The position numbers and the translations under genes were made by a program. This document shows positions 35,901-50,900 of a stretch of 64,000 nt of DNA, piece after piece; the first letter of the stretch is position 1, and each line of letters starts with the position of its first letter. The stretch is from Phoronis australis (taxonomy: Eukaryota > Animalia > Phoronida): the NCBI GenBank assembly GCA_002633005.1, contig NMRA01000359.1, positions 124,001 through 188,000 on the forward strand. The letters run 5' to 3'. The notes beneath the pieces were generated by a model. It was not told where the DNA came from. It ran no database searches and saw only the letters and a program-made list of their open reading frames with translations.

Positions 35901-38900
35901 TACTCAAATAATGATTGTCAATGTACAACTTCTGCCCTGACGGTGCTGTGGCCAAAGCGGAACCTGAATTCGCGGCACCCGACGAGTAACTAGACTCGGC
36001 AGTTTCCGCGTAGCTAATTCACCAACATAATCACGTGAACATTACTTTAGCTCACTAGTATAGTATTTTCTTGACTGGAAGTTTAGTTTCCACTGAACTT
36101 TGGCTGGTTTATGTTTGTGATGTCTGATCAGTTTCCGAGCCACTGTCCGGGATAACGACTCAATCCGGCCGGCCGCGACGCTGGGGCCTGATCGGGCTCC
36201 GAGCCACTAGCCAGGATAACAAGCGTTTTGTGTTTAGAATTCAAAAAATCACAAGTCTAAACAACACAGATCTAGTTTCTCTTGTCTGTATCTCACGGAA
36301 AATACTTCGAAATTATCTCCGAACACACCCCAAACTCATGCTACGGACCTTATTGGCCTGCCGAACTTTGTAGGCTACGGTGTGTCCAAATACCAATAAA
36401 TCCGTAAGAGCGAAATAAAACAACACGTTTTTATAAGAACTCGGTGTATTTTTAAGGGGTTTACATCAAAGTTTGATGATTTATTGGTGCTAAACGATGA
36501 CTTCAAGCGATAAGCTGACACCAGTAACTCGTGTTGTGAACTGCTGAACAGACTGCGCGTGAAACCGATGACGTCATTGGATAAGTTCAACACCTCCGTC
36601 TGCCGTCAGGTGTCAGGTAACGCAACCGTACGTGTCGTTATGGAGTAGAACTACTCGATCTAAATTGATACAAATTTGGTTGTTTTTTGGGTGGCATGCT
36701 CCTTTAACTGCTGCTTTTCGACAAGTATCGAGCAGCGCTCTTTCTTTAATGCTACTTACACTGGTTAAGCTGTGGTTCCTCAAATCGCCCTTGTACCCAC
36801 AGGGAGTCGGATTTAGTGAGCCAGAACTCTCCTTTTCCGTTGAAGGTATATGTAAAGTTGTCGAAGGTAGTGAAATGCGGGTCGCCATAGGCAACGGCTG
36901 TGAAAATAGGAGTTGATGAAATGTGCTCAACTGTCGAATTTTATTCCTTTTAAAAACAAATTTGACAACACATTACCTTGCAACAAGTTCTGGGCGTGGT
37001 TGGATAAATGTTGCAAAGCAACAACTGACGGCCGGCATTATCGCACGTCACGTGACTATGTACCTGGAGTCATGTAACGATCAAACTGTTGTAGCTGAGA
37101 CCGGGGTAGAGTTCAGTAACGCTGGGACCTCACTATGACCTCGAAACAAGATTTTAGATTTTCAATGAGAGTGCGTGATTTTGGCTAGACACTAACTCTA
37201 CCCAGCTAGGTGAGCAATATGTTCGAAGGCTTTTTCAAAGTCTTTGTTGTCGTCCTCTAGGAGCTGTATTAGAATACAGTCCACGCAACAATACATATAC
37301 ATGTACATGTATATGTTGTATATTGTGTCTGAGCGCAAAGCTTCGTGGTTTGTCAGCTAATGGTTGTGAAGACGTAGACGTATTGGAACAGCGCGATCAA
37401 CAAATCGTGGATTGGTTTAACTCCAAAACTAAGTCAACAAAGTGTGTGAAGCGAACTTAAAAATCTAAAAATATTGAATAATATTCGATGAATATGGTGG
37501 CCAATGTTTGGCCTACACTTTATTGTGAAAAGCAAGTGGCTTTGATCGTTGCAAAAGAGGCAAAGAAATAATTAATCATTGGAATATTTTACAATTAAAG
37601 GTATATATTTTGAATTCTCCTTACCTACTCCGGGGGGTGCACCTACCTGCTCTGGGACTTGCATAATTTACACAGTCCCTGGTTGGCCGACGTTCCATGT
37701 AAAGATCACAAATCCCTTTCGACCACAGGCAGCAGTAATAGTACGGGATGACGTCCTCCAACCAATGAGAGTAGCCGGGAACACGGGGTCCGAGACCGAA
37801 CGGTGCAGCGCCGGAATAGTAGCCTCGATCTGGAGTACTGCCCTGGGTACTGTCGACGGTGTGCATGAGCGAACCATCTCCTCGGTAGCAACATTGATTT
37901 CCTGCACCGCTGCGACTGAAAACGTTTGGAAGACCGCATAGTAATGTCTAAGCTTACTTTCAGAGAAAGAATTGTCTCAGTTCAGTTGGTAAAGACTGAT
38001 GTCACCGGCATGGTGAAAGATCGTCGTTACACTGTCGCCAATAAATGACGATGGAAGTGAACATTTACATAATTCGTAATTTAAGATCAATGAGATTTGT
38101 ATCTAAAACTCTTTGGTGGTTGGCGGTTGCATCGAGAACGTGAGAATCTCGCTGAGGAAGCTAGTGTGATCACGTGCGGCTTGTATTATACATGGCGATA
38201 TCTCGCGAAGTCTTGCGTATTCTTGTGTATTCTCGAGATTCTCGCAAAGTATACCTAACTTAAGTGGAAAAGTATTCACGGTCGCCATGGAAACACGTCA
38301 GAAACACGCGCTACTGTTGGGGGTGAATTACAAGCTCGGCCAAGGCACACAAGAAACGCTGGCGATTGTTGGAGCGCTGGCTCATTCCTGTAAAGTGTTG
38401 CTTTCGAATTGTTCAAGTCTTCACGAGGTAAAAGCATATGCGTGGATATCGTAACAAAGATAGCCACCTCAGAGCTGAAACGGCATGTAGGACCAACAAA
38501 GTGTGCCAAAAATTCATAAATCACCAACAAGCAGTGCGTCGTAAAAGAACGCTAGATTCATACTTACGCCGGTACCACAGATCGGACACAGTGTCTGGCT
38601 CCCTTGTGGTAAAAACACTCACTTCCTGTCTCCTCATTGCAAGAGGGGTCGGCTTCCCACCTTCCCAAGTCTGCTCGCGCTTGACTCAGGGTGCACGGAC
38701 AGCTAGCAAGAGATGCTAACCACTTCGTGTCTTTGCCGTCTCTTTCGTAGAAATCTCGACACTTTTTGCTTGGCCAGTCGCCTCCTTCTTCATTCTTTAG
38801 TCTGGAGTTCATGTACCACCCTAAGGGTATGATTTTCGAATGCATGCGCCTGTAGGAGAAAACGTGAAAATAGTTGTCAACACTATCTCTTGACAGCATT

Positions 38901-41900
38901 GAATTTTTGTTGTCACAAAAATCAATTTATGAACTTTTACTATCTTCATAACGAACCGTTCATGGAAATATTTACACGAATGCGCAGTTGAAATTAAAAA
39001 GTGAGTTGTTTTTTATAAAATCGCATTCCTCTTGGCTAGCAACATAACGTATTTGATGGTCAAATTTGGAAAATGACGCTACAAAGACACAGAAGACATA
39101 GAAAATGGTAAAAGTGCCGTTACCAACAATATAAACTAAAAAATAAAATGGATAAAAGACGAATACTGTAGGAACATATCTAACTTACAAAAAAACTTCC
39201 GAGCGATGCTCTCCTTTTCACCAATGTAAGGTAAACTGTTACAGATTGGACGAGAAAAGTTAGCTAGATATGGCAATGAGTATTGTGTAAAGAGGAAACA
39301 GGCGGGGATGAAGGACAATGAACTGAGACATGATACGGGTGGTCATAAAAAAGGGCAGCCACCAGGCCTATGTGTAATCAACCAACCGGGAACTTGGGGT
39401 AAAGCAATAATACATATTACAACATGAAATGTGAATGGTTAAAACATGCAGATCAGAAAATGAGCTATAATCACCAAAAAATTGGAATAAAGCAGGGAGT
39501 GCAAAGAATTGTAATATTATAGTAGTACAATGCAAAATAATAATCGTAATATTACGAATAGTACGCTATGATATGAGGGTATGCAGTTAGTTTGGTAAAA
39601 TAGATCTTATATAAAATTAGGGCATCATGTAAGGTTCAACCTTCTTTCTGGTACCAGGGCTACAAGAACTTTTGAGATCTGCCGGGCATTGAATTGGTAA
39701 AGTCATTGCCAACCGGAGATGTAGGATTTTGGTGAACAGACTTTGTAATTGTAAGTCTGGTGAACAGGGCACCACCCTACCGCAGGAAACTTGCGTCAAA
39801 TGACAGTTCCCTACCAATGGTTTGTCTCGTGTAAGTAGTGTGAAAATGTCGGTTACCTAGAGGATCTAACTCCCCAAATATTTTCCGGGGAGTCTTATTT
39901 ATTTTAGGATGGTGCCCCAATTCATTGTCTTTCATCCTCGCGAATTCTTTTGCTGTACGCGTTTTAACTTCACAGTACGTATCGAATGTGAGACGTACCG
40001 TGGGTTTGTCGTGGAATCCGAGGAGCAGGCAACTTCAATTACGCCAAGTTCATAACTGTCATCTTCTTTAGATTTACTCTGGTGTCTCGACACGTCAAAT
40101 GAGAACTGCCTGTTGTAAACTCCTGTTGTACCGAGCTGTTTCAGGCGCTTGAGAGAAGGCTATTCAGAGATATAACGTAATTGTTATATGTAACTTTTTG
40201 CCTATGTAAATGTATTAATAACGGCAAATTAAATAATAATTGCATTTGCCGTTGAGATCAGCGGTTGCAACGTCAACAACAAACGCCATGAACAGTGCGG
40301 ATGTATTACCTTAGACATACTCCAAAGTGAATGGTGTTTTATTTCTGAACAGTGTTCAAACTTGAACACGTTTTGTGAAAATGGCGCCACTTTGCGTAGA
40401 TACGTTTAAGTGTTGATTCGAAAGCAGGCAGACCCAATAGCCAATGTTTGGAAATTTTTCCAAATACATGCCCACGGGCCTACATTTGGGCCGGGTCTTG
40501 TTTGTGGAAAACCCAGTACACAGCGCATACGTTTTGAATGCAACAAACACAGTCCTGATTTCTTTTATTTCGAAGCTGGCACTCAACGTACCACGCCGCG
40601 AACTTCCTTGTATCCCACCAACCAAATGTTGAGCTTGGGGCAGACGATTTCCTCAGGTTTCCACGATACTGAAAGAGTCTTCGGGTCCACGGTAGCCCAT
40701 TTGCCCATATCGTCCAGTTTTACAGAAGACATTCCATAATCTAAAGGTTAGAAACAGTGCATGACGTGATGAACTTTGTCCGAGATGAAGGTTGCTGCGT
40801 AGTTTTGGAGAAGGCAGGCTGTATTGTTATTTACCATGATTGCTGTAGCTTCTAGATTGTTCATAAAGAAAAGATATACATACTGTTGTGCCCCGGCATA
40901 CACAACTGAAAATATTTTACAGTTAAAAAAGCATAAAGATTTGGGAAGTGTCAAGAAAATATATGAAAATGTGTGATGTCACAGGCTACAGGCTATGGGA
41001 AAATTGATACGGTATCAGAAATGACGTCTTTTGGAAATCGTCATTACATGCTTAACAGTAAATTAATGGAAATATTATCTTGAACCTTCCGAAACTTCAA
41101 ATATGGTTTTGGAGGATTTACACCTTGAAAACAACTAAAATTTCCTTGTTCTACGCTGCTTCGGTCAAAAATTAGTCATTTTCATCCGCTGTTGATATTT
41201 AGCGTAAATGATATGTGCTTTTACAATTGCTACACATGCCGCAAAGAGATGTTAAAACACCGCTTACGTGCGGACGATGATACTTACAGACATCATATTC
41301 CGACTTGTAGGTCCACGACTTTCCTCCGTCTAACGACAGTTCTACTGATACGCCATCCTTTACGAAAAATTTGGGTGGCACGCAACGGATTTTGGTTGCA
41401 CTTATTGTAAAGCCAATCACTGTTTCATCTCCAAACCTATAAACAGGCACACGTCAGCTTAGAAAAAACAACAATTTTATATATCTATATTCTATGAATC
41501 TACCTTCTGTCTAATATACCAATACAGCGTTCACACGCAGTTCGACCTGAAGGTAGATCGGACATCTCAATCCGCCATCTGAAAAGATGTCATATGTAAA
41601 CGCTCCTCATGTGTCTGATCTGCTTTTTTATCCCCGAGCCCGAATCAGCCGTCATACCGTGACGATCGCACGCTGATTGGCTAGAATTTTGCATGCAGTA
41701 GGCAAATATTACGCTAACAAGATTTGCACGCAAGTGGATAAGGGCAATGTTTACCCCTAGAGTATCCAGTGAAGTCCTCGGCACATCAAAGGCTTGGGCG
41801 CCTTCGTGGACTGGAGTGAGCTAGTTGCTCATTCGTGGGGTTGGCTGACACGTGTGAGGTGAGATAATCGCGGTCGTAAACCAACACGCCTGTTTACCTT

Positions 41901-44900
41901 AAGGGTTTCAAAGACATAAGGAAGGCAAACGACCAGCATGGCTGCTTTTTTAAATTGAAAAGTAAATACTAGTCCTCTTTGAATTTTTTAAATCGATGAC
42001 TTATTAGAGAAATTAGCTAACAGGTTTCCGTCAGCATCGCGGCTAAGCCACGAAGTTAATTTGCGAATCGATTAGGATGGGTTAGTCACAGTCTGGCTCA
42101 AGGGTAACAAAACCCCAAATGTTAGCTTAGAAGTTGTCTCGTGCAAGATGGGGCGCATTTGTCTGATTGGCTTTCCCAAATTTGATCGCCGTATTGCTTT
42201 CGATTTACACCGCCAGGGTTATAAAACCTATGAGATCCTGTCCCTTACTCAAATTACAAATGGTTTCTGAGCTTGCCATTTGAGGTCGTGTACAAGGCAC
42301 AAGCTGCATGAGAAATCCCTTCTTATTAGAGTGAGGAACCAGTTGGGGTCAGTTTTATAAGTAGTAAGTGCACTGTGTCAACAAGAAACAAAATAGTTCC
42401 TAACACACACATACACGCGCGCGCATNTGTGTGTGTGTGTGTGTGTGTGTAACCACCACCTTTTTAGTCTCAAGCAGTCGTGTTTATTAAACATCGTACA
42501 TGCAGGCTACTTCAGTTAAATGTACCTGCATCTGGGTGAGTCTGGTTCACTTTGACACGGACCGGATACATACAGGTCTTCACCTCCGTAGACAGACCCT
42601 TTTCTTCTACTCAGAATAAGAGTCTTGTCTGAAGAAAGAACATGGATAAAATCAAGATATTTTATAAATACATTGTAGTTTTTCATTGATTTACATGCGG
42701 TAATTTTGTGTTACACCTGTTATAAAATCGGTCTCATCTTGCTCTTTACTCCGATTAGCAGTAATTGTAATTTTTTGGCTTGACAAGAATTTGAGATGTC
42801 GTTAGTGCTTTACACTAGCACCAGGGCCAAATTCCTTGTCACGGCTGGTTTTTTGCACTATAGATTAATTATTCCAAAATCCATGGTTACAATCTCCAAG
42901 GCAACATGGTCCTCTGGGGAATAGTCGATGTATTCAAAGGAACCGAACGTGTTGACATCGCTTTCAGGTTAGATCAAATACGATCTTGAATATTGGTTTA
43001 CGCTTTCTTTTGAAAGCTAAAGACTACTAAGAAGTCAATCATACCTATAACTTATGATTATGTAAATACGTTTCTGTCCACGGTAAAACCGACTGCGTCC
43101 TTTTAAAAGAAAATGTGTGACAATGAAAGGAACGACAAACCTTGACTGTCTTTAGGAGTGCAGCTCCCTCTGTTAGCGGTGGTTCCACCGATGCTGTATA
43201 CAAATCGGCCCTTCATATTTCCACCCCACGCTTGATCTAAATCGACCATTCGCTCTGTCCCTGAATAGGGGAGTGACACCCATCCCCGTCCGTTCCCTAA
43301 ATTGAACCCTGCCTATTTGGATGGAAAACATGTAGAATTGGAATATGTGCACAGGTTTCGAAGATATATCACACAAAAATATTGATATGCTCCTTCATGA
43401 AAACGTTGACACATTTTAAAGTATTGGACACCAAAATAAAGTCAATGAGGAACATGCATGATTAATTTATAAGAACAAGAGCTTCATCAAAATATTTTTG
43501 GAAGCAATAAATTGTGCCCTTAAGTTCAGTTTCACACATTTAAAAATATTAAGTCTAACTTGAGCGGGCGGCACTTTGGCTCCCAATCCGGTAGTAGCAT
43601 CCCCTCCAGCTGAAACGCCCCCAGTCCACGACGTGTTCTCGTAATTGAAAATGGAGTATGTGCTTTGACCGTCCGTCACAATAGCAGCTTGGAAGGTGTT
43701 GCTCTGTAAAGTTCCAGTAAAAGTTGTGAGCTCACTTCAACAACTCTGAAGTCTTGAATTTTCACAGTTAATTCCTCGAGCTCGAAAGAAAATGCCAGAC
43801 GTAATTTCGTACCCAAACGTGAAATAAAGAATTCTTGGGGGATAATTTTCTGTGACAAAATCGTAATTTTTGGAAGAAAAAAAAGCTTTCTAGCATAATT
43901 TTGTGCGCGTTTTTCGTTTTTGTAGGCAGTGATGATTTTTAGAAATTTAAAGTTTTATTTGTGGAAAAGCACAATTTAAATATTTTAAAGAACTTGACTA
44001 TTAGGAACTAGAGTAGTCAGTTACCGTGAATTGTTTTCTGAACCAAAAGTGTTGCACGAACATCATAATGATATTTTCTACTCCTTAACCTAATCTCCTC
44101 ATTACTAGATTAATTTTACCTGAATTGGAGTTTGTAAATGTTATCTTACCGCTGTTGCAAATGGGCCTCCACCGTTAAAGGTCAAGTCCAACCACGTAAC
44201 CATAAATCCAGTTTTGGGTTGAAAGTTGTGGATACTGTCAGCGGTGACTGAATTTCTTAAATCAGCCCGAATGGTATTCATCTTAGTATCTTCCAGAGAT
44301 TCCTAAAATAAAAATTGGGAAAATAAAAGCCATCACCAGTCTGCTGTCATGAAATAACTTACTATAGTTCCAGTCTGTAGTGAATTCTCTGCGGCATTCG
44401 TCGCCGCAAATCCCAAACACCGACCGATCCATTGTCTTAGCAGCGGGTGGAAGACGTTAGAATAAAACCAAGGGTGACTATTTCAGTACAACTTTCCAGA
44501 AGATCGACGACATATGTTCGTTAACGGGCAGACACTTTCTTCTAAGTCATTGACCTCCGTCAAACTATGTATTGGAACACGAAAGTGAATATGCGTGGAG
44601 AAATTATATTGATTTTGGTGAAATCGTGTGTACATGATATATGTTTTTAACACCGTTGAGAGTTCATAAATGTGACGAAACTTTCGATCTCTTGGCCTTT
44701 GCTCAATAAGAAACAATTTCTAAATAAGAGAAGCTAGTGACTGACCATGCAGTTCTCTGCAATGGAATTAGTGGACTGGACCGAAATGAGGGGGAAGGGG
44801 TAAGACGATCCATAGGCTCACATAAATGTATTTAACGACCGAAATGCCGTTTCTGTGCCTAATTATGCGGGGAAAGCTCAAAATGGCGAAACGTTGTTGC

Positions 44901-47900
44901 CAAAGTATTTCAACTTGCGGCTGGTTAGTGAAGTGTAACTGAAGTGGCCACCGGCAGTCCGAGTAAGACTATAGGCCTATGTGTGTTTTCCCAATGGGAC
45001 ACTGCATGGAATCTGAAGTGGGTAGGCCTAAGTCTTTCCGTCCGGCTTAGAATAGATTGACAAGTTAATTCTAATATCTTAGTTTGACCTTCGATATAAC
45101 CGTGTACTGGCTTCAGTTCAAATAGGATCAAACGGTTACATGGACAAGGCCTTACATGTATATGTAGCTATATACAATACTATCATCAATACTCGCAGAC
45201 CTTACCACGTAGTCGACGTAGGTGACTTAGGTACTTCTGAATTCTCGCACTCAATCACGACCACATTCGCATTTGAACTTGAGCCAAGTACAGCCTTGTG
45301 GTCGAGCATTGGATATGACTTATGAATTGAGTACGCTGTGCCAATGAAAGTACGTTTTCATGAGTTTTTGTGTGTACTTACAAAATACACTGTTCCCTTT
45401 CCTGATAGTTTGCCAGGCTCCGTTCTAGCGTAGTAAGGGGCAAGAAAGACAGGGTCCAGACCTTGGGTAAACTGATCTCCTTGCTGGTCCTTCCAAGTAA
45501 TAGCTTGCCACAGTGTGGAACCATCGCCGAATATAACAAAACCATTAGTGGAAACCTGAAATAGTTGTACAGTTACATCACCATTGTGACAGTGTCGTCA
45601 TCAGTATCGTCAGAACACCGTCAACATTAGCATTTTCAACACCGTCATCCTATGCGTCATGTCATCATCATCAACGCCAGCACCATCGTCATCATCGTCA
45701 GCTTCCTTGCCGACTTATCATTATCCTCCTTTTCAAAATTATTTCATGTTACAGCTTAACACAAATAGAACATCAATACTTTAAATAAATGGGACGTTTC
45801 TTGTAACACTAAGTAGAAATTTCACGCATTAATTACCTTAACTCGATTGTACTTTTTGCCAAATACAGGTATTGGATCCTTTCCCAAGTCTACACTTAAC
45901 GACTGATCTACTCCCTGCGTAACTGCTCGCGACACATCGTGCTGGTATAGAACTGTAAAATATAAAGTTGGATGTTCAACTGAGGTTGTGCTTCAAATGC
46001 ATGATTATATCATAAGTGGCTTCATCTTAAACATATTAGCAACAACAAAAAAGCAGTATCGATCTCCGGTACACCTGTGGTCTCCTGCTTCATGCGCGTA
46101 CAAACAACGTAAAAGGAAAACGGGAAGGACATTTGTAGAATGCGACGTTGGAATTCCTACTTTAAGGGGAGCGCCACCTTTTGACAATTTAGCTTGCAAT
46201 TATTATAAAAGACGTTTTGAATATTTTCATAAAGAAAAAAATAAAATTTCAAAAACTAATCACATTGACGTAGTAAGAAAATGTCATCCGATCATAGTGA
46301 GTTGTTCTCTTCCTCCTATTTTCGTTCTAGTAACTTTGCTCAGTGGTCGAGAATGCCTCCGAATTTCCGGAACAGGTAATAAAATTAGTACAACAGCCAA
46401 TCATACACACGGTTTATTTATTTTCATTGAGCAACTTTACTTACTGCTTACTGTTACTAAGCGTCAAAACTTCGGTTTGAATTGTTTTACCTATTACTTC
46501 CGTTTTTACAAAAAGCAACCAACATGTTCGAAATTGTTTAAAAGCTGTATTCTCCTTGTCTACCGGAAATGTAATCAATCCTTTTACTCTAATAATGTCG
46601 GTCTCGTGGCATGGTTCTATTTCTGTTACTAACAAGAACATAGAATCAGCACCTCAAGTAAAGGCTGCGGATAAGAAAATGGCGAACGTGCACATTGCCT
46701 GTAACTTGAGTCGCCGGAGCATGCGCAACAATTCAAGATACGCTGACATCGGCAATGTTTTAAACCTCAAAGCTCTTCGGTTGCAACATTCAGTATATTA
46801 TCGATTCGTTATTCAAGAAAGCATTCATTACTCGCCTCAAGTATCATACCATACTTTATTGCATTCGAGGCCAGAGGCCCAAAATACAATAACAAACATA
46901 TATTACAAGCACAGTTAAATACGAAACAGAGAGTAAAACAATTTTTCTCAACGCACTGTAGCTAAATATAGTGCGAACTTTTCAATGTTTGCATCAGTAG
47001 TCTTCATAATCTTGTTGAAGTTTAGGACAGGGATATGGTCATCAAAATTTGCATTCATATATTGCTGACGGAGGTCTGCATCAGCATTACATACCAACAC
47101 AAAGTGCAGTTCGTCTTCAACGTAGTTCATATTACAGAAAAAGCAAATTCTATCACAGTAACCTATTTTGTTGCGCCTTCCCGTTTCCGCTTCCAATTTG
47201 TGGTTCGCGCAACGAAACCTTGATTTTTTTTGTATAAAATGGCGAGTTGGATTAAACTGAAAGTATTTTTCTGAAGAGTAAAGAGCAAATGGTTAATCAA
47301 GACTGTTCAGGTCAGTGACATTATCGGCAATGAAAGTGATTTTCTGAGATATGCCTCAGTGCTGAATCGGACTACTACCGCGGGATCATTCCGCATGTAC
47401 CCGCGGTAACAGTTCCCATCCAATAAAAGATTATTGAATATTGTCACTGTTCTCGACGATTTCATCGAATGCTTGGTAGACAAATGCAGCTGGGAATCGG
47501 CGACTTGAAATAAAGTCACAAAAATTCCCAATGACTTTTGTTGTTTTTACCTAGGCTAGTCAAAGTTCATAACTTCAAAAAGTCTATCTTATTCACCGAT
47601 AATCTCAAAAATGCGTTTTTTATCAGTGAAATACATGTTGATAACGTGGTTTTAAAGCGGCAATAAACCCGTCCCCGTTAAAAAATGATTTAGGACATTT
47701 GTTGCTGCAACTTTGGTCTTAACTTGTTACTAACAAAAAGAAGAGGTAATTTTGGTCTCGCTAGTAACTGAAAGGTCGATACTGCCTGAGATCAGCCTCC
47801 CGTTCAGTAGCGCTGGGACCTCGCTAAAAAGCAAGATTTCACGGGGGAGAAACTGTTTTCGGAGAAGATGGTTTGAAAATGTTGTTTATTATATCTCAGA

Positions 47901-50900
47901 CCTACTAGAAGATTTTTGCAAAAAGTTCAATTTTAGACCAATGTTTGTGAATTTTTATGGGCTCAGAGAGGCTGTTTGTCAAAAATAGAAAATCTCAAAA
48001 AGAGACAAGTTTTCCTTCTATGCACTCTTTATCCCAATTTTTGTGAAATTATTACTTGCAGACAAAAAGGTTACAGAACATATTTACAACACTTTTGTGC
48101 TAAACAAATATTCTATGCCTAGGTCTGAGATAAGGTGGCAGGCAGAGCTATACCAGACACTATTGAACGGTGGAAAAAATACCTACTTTGTTAACTTAAC
48201 ACTTGATGTAAAACTTCGTTGGTTTCAGTTTAGACTGTCACATAGGATAATCAGCTGGAACTCTTCTCTTAATGTCAAAATTGGGATCAGTAGCTCCCCC
48301 TTGTGTACGTTTTGTAAGAGTGAAACTGAGACTTTGCTTCACTTATATACTGGCAATGTGATGTTGTTCAAAATTTTTGGAACAATGTTGAAGATTGGGT
48401 TAGAAAAAAAAAACGGTATCTCCCGGGTTACAAATGTACTCACAGTTTTCTTTGGAAACAGATGTAGAAGGCAGCCAATTCAAAATTCAATCTTGTTTCT
48501 TTGCAAGTTCCATTTATATAAGCAACGTCTCAATGGTAAACCTCCAAATTTAATTATAAACAAAAGAAATTAACAGTTATTACTCCAGTGAAAATTATAT
48601 TTACTCAAAAAATTTACAAATGGAAAAATTTATAAACAGGTGGTCACAAATGCATAATTTAATAGCAATGTAAGGGTATTTTATCATTCCAAAATACTAT
48701 CTCTCTTTTTCAGAGCCATATACTAGTACACTGTCTGTCTTGTATGTTTTTTTTTTCTTTAAATGTATTTCTAAAATCCGGTTCAAGTATACATTTAACT
48801 TAGTAAACTTTAATTTCATTGAATTGTAAAGTAAGGCAAGGGAACCCCAGACCTTTGTCCTTGCTTATGTTGAACTGGGAGAATAAAAAAAGAATTCGAG
48901 AGATTACGTGAGATATTGCTGTGCATTTTAAATGAGAACACGTGACTTTAACTAGATTTTAGCTAGGTCCTAGCGTAGGTCCTGACGTTACTGAACGCAC
49001 GCCAGATTCGATGCGTTAGCGGTGTCATTGGTCATTGTATATGCGCCGAACACGCAATGTAGTTTTAAAATATTGGTATTTTCCCCCAAATAATTACAAT
49101 AGACGAATTTCCTTTGAATACCAGGAAATTGTTCATAGGAGACTCGCACAAGACGATCAAACTCGGATCGAAGATATCGGAGTTTCGATGACCATGTTCA
49201 ATGTCCTTGTCGAGTTTCCCATGTCTAACGGATTATGGGGCTCAAAGCACGTGTGTTGGCACTCGTAGACAAAGGTTTCTGTGATACTACAACAGGCTAA
49301 TACTGGAATGATTTAAATCCACGTTAGCATGTCTAATAAATTCAGAAACAACCAGCGCAATGTTCGGTCTCCAGTACTCTCGCCAGTTGACAGTCGAGTA
49401 CGTTCGATTGGCTGTGTTACTGAAGTCAGTTCAATTTCAGAGACGTTTTATGGACGGACGATTAATTGTTTTTAAACTTGTATGTTAATTCATTAGATTT
49501 GTATTTAGTAAATATGTTCTAAGCAATCCAGTTAGTGATTAGCGTAACGAAGTGTGGCTAATTTGGCTAACTTCTAAAAAAGTTATGAAATACATAATAG
49601 CTTCAAAGTTCAACGATAAAGCTTGTCATATGGTATAGTATATCAATGGTCTGGAAACAGTGGAGTACGGCTAGTCATCTACTACGTGGCTCGAAGTGTT
49701 ACAAGACGATATTTTACAACAAATCATCAAGTCTCATTGTTACTAACGTCACAAATGATGTCACATAAATGAAACTTCTGCTAATTTCTCGTCGCACCAC
49801 GTACGCATTTATAGACAATGAATTATTTATAAACANCGGATTATGGGGCTCAAAGCACGTGTGTTGGCACTCGTAGACAAAGGTTTCTGTGATACTACAA
49901 CAGGCTAATACTGGAATGATTTAAATCCACGTTAGCATGTCTAATAAATTCAGAAACAACCAGCGCAATGTTCGGTCTCCAGTACTCTCGCCAGTTGACA
50001 GTCGAGTATGTTCGATTGGCTGTGTTACTGAAGTCAGTTCAATTTCAGAGACGTTTTATGGACGGACGATTAATTGTTTTTAAACTTGTATGTTAATTCA
50101 TTAGATTTGTATTTAGTAAATATGTTCTAAGCAATCCAGTTAGTGATTAGCGTAACGAAGTGTGGCTAATTTGGCTAACTTCTAAAAAAGTTATGAAACA
50201 CATAATAGCTTCAAAGTTCAACGATAAAGCTTGTCATATGGTATAGTATATCATTGGTCTGGAAACAATGGAGTACTGCTAGTCATCTACCACGTGGCTC
50301 GAAGTGTTACAAGACGATATTTTACAGCAAATCATCAGGTCTCATTGTTACTAACGTCACAAATGATGTCACATAAATGAAACTTCTGCTAATTTCTCGT
50401 CGCACCACGTACGCATTTATAGACAATGAATTATTTATAAACAATTTCCCTATTTTCTTAACTCTTGGTAAACAACTCCAAATAGCATTAATGATTAATC
50501 AGAGACACTGGGACGGGAAAGCCGAGAGTAGGCACGCGCTACCTTTTCTTATCAACTGTCCTGATAACCCAGAAGAGGTGTACCAATGTCAATTTCTTTG
50601 TCAACAATTTGTTTGACATAGATTTCGTCAAGGTATAGCTTCTTTTCATTTCGATCTCGGCGCTTTTTTCTTTCTATGAAAAATGAAGAAGTGTACTCAG
50701 CATGTTTACATTCGGGGTGACACTGCTACATGTACAACTGCGCAAGCTTACTACCAGTAAAATCCCGCCAATTTTAAACACAATGTGGCCGACTCGTGAA
50801 ATGCTATTTTTTCATGTTAACAAACGATAAGTAGCACAATATAAATTATATAACATTTTTAGATATCCACCCTCAGACAATAATTGTGGGAAATTGTTGG

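Noticed and set aside
45988-46632. 214-aa plus-strand ORF
   Set aside because: No ATG start, no recognisable motif, AT-rich intronic composition.
49229-50443. Perfect-looking tandem duplication as a biological event
   Set aside because: A single N at the junction and allele-level divergence point to a contig-overlap artefact.
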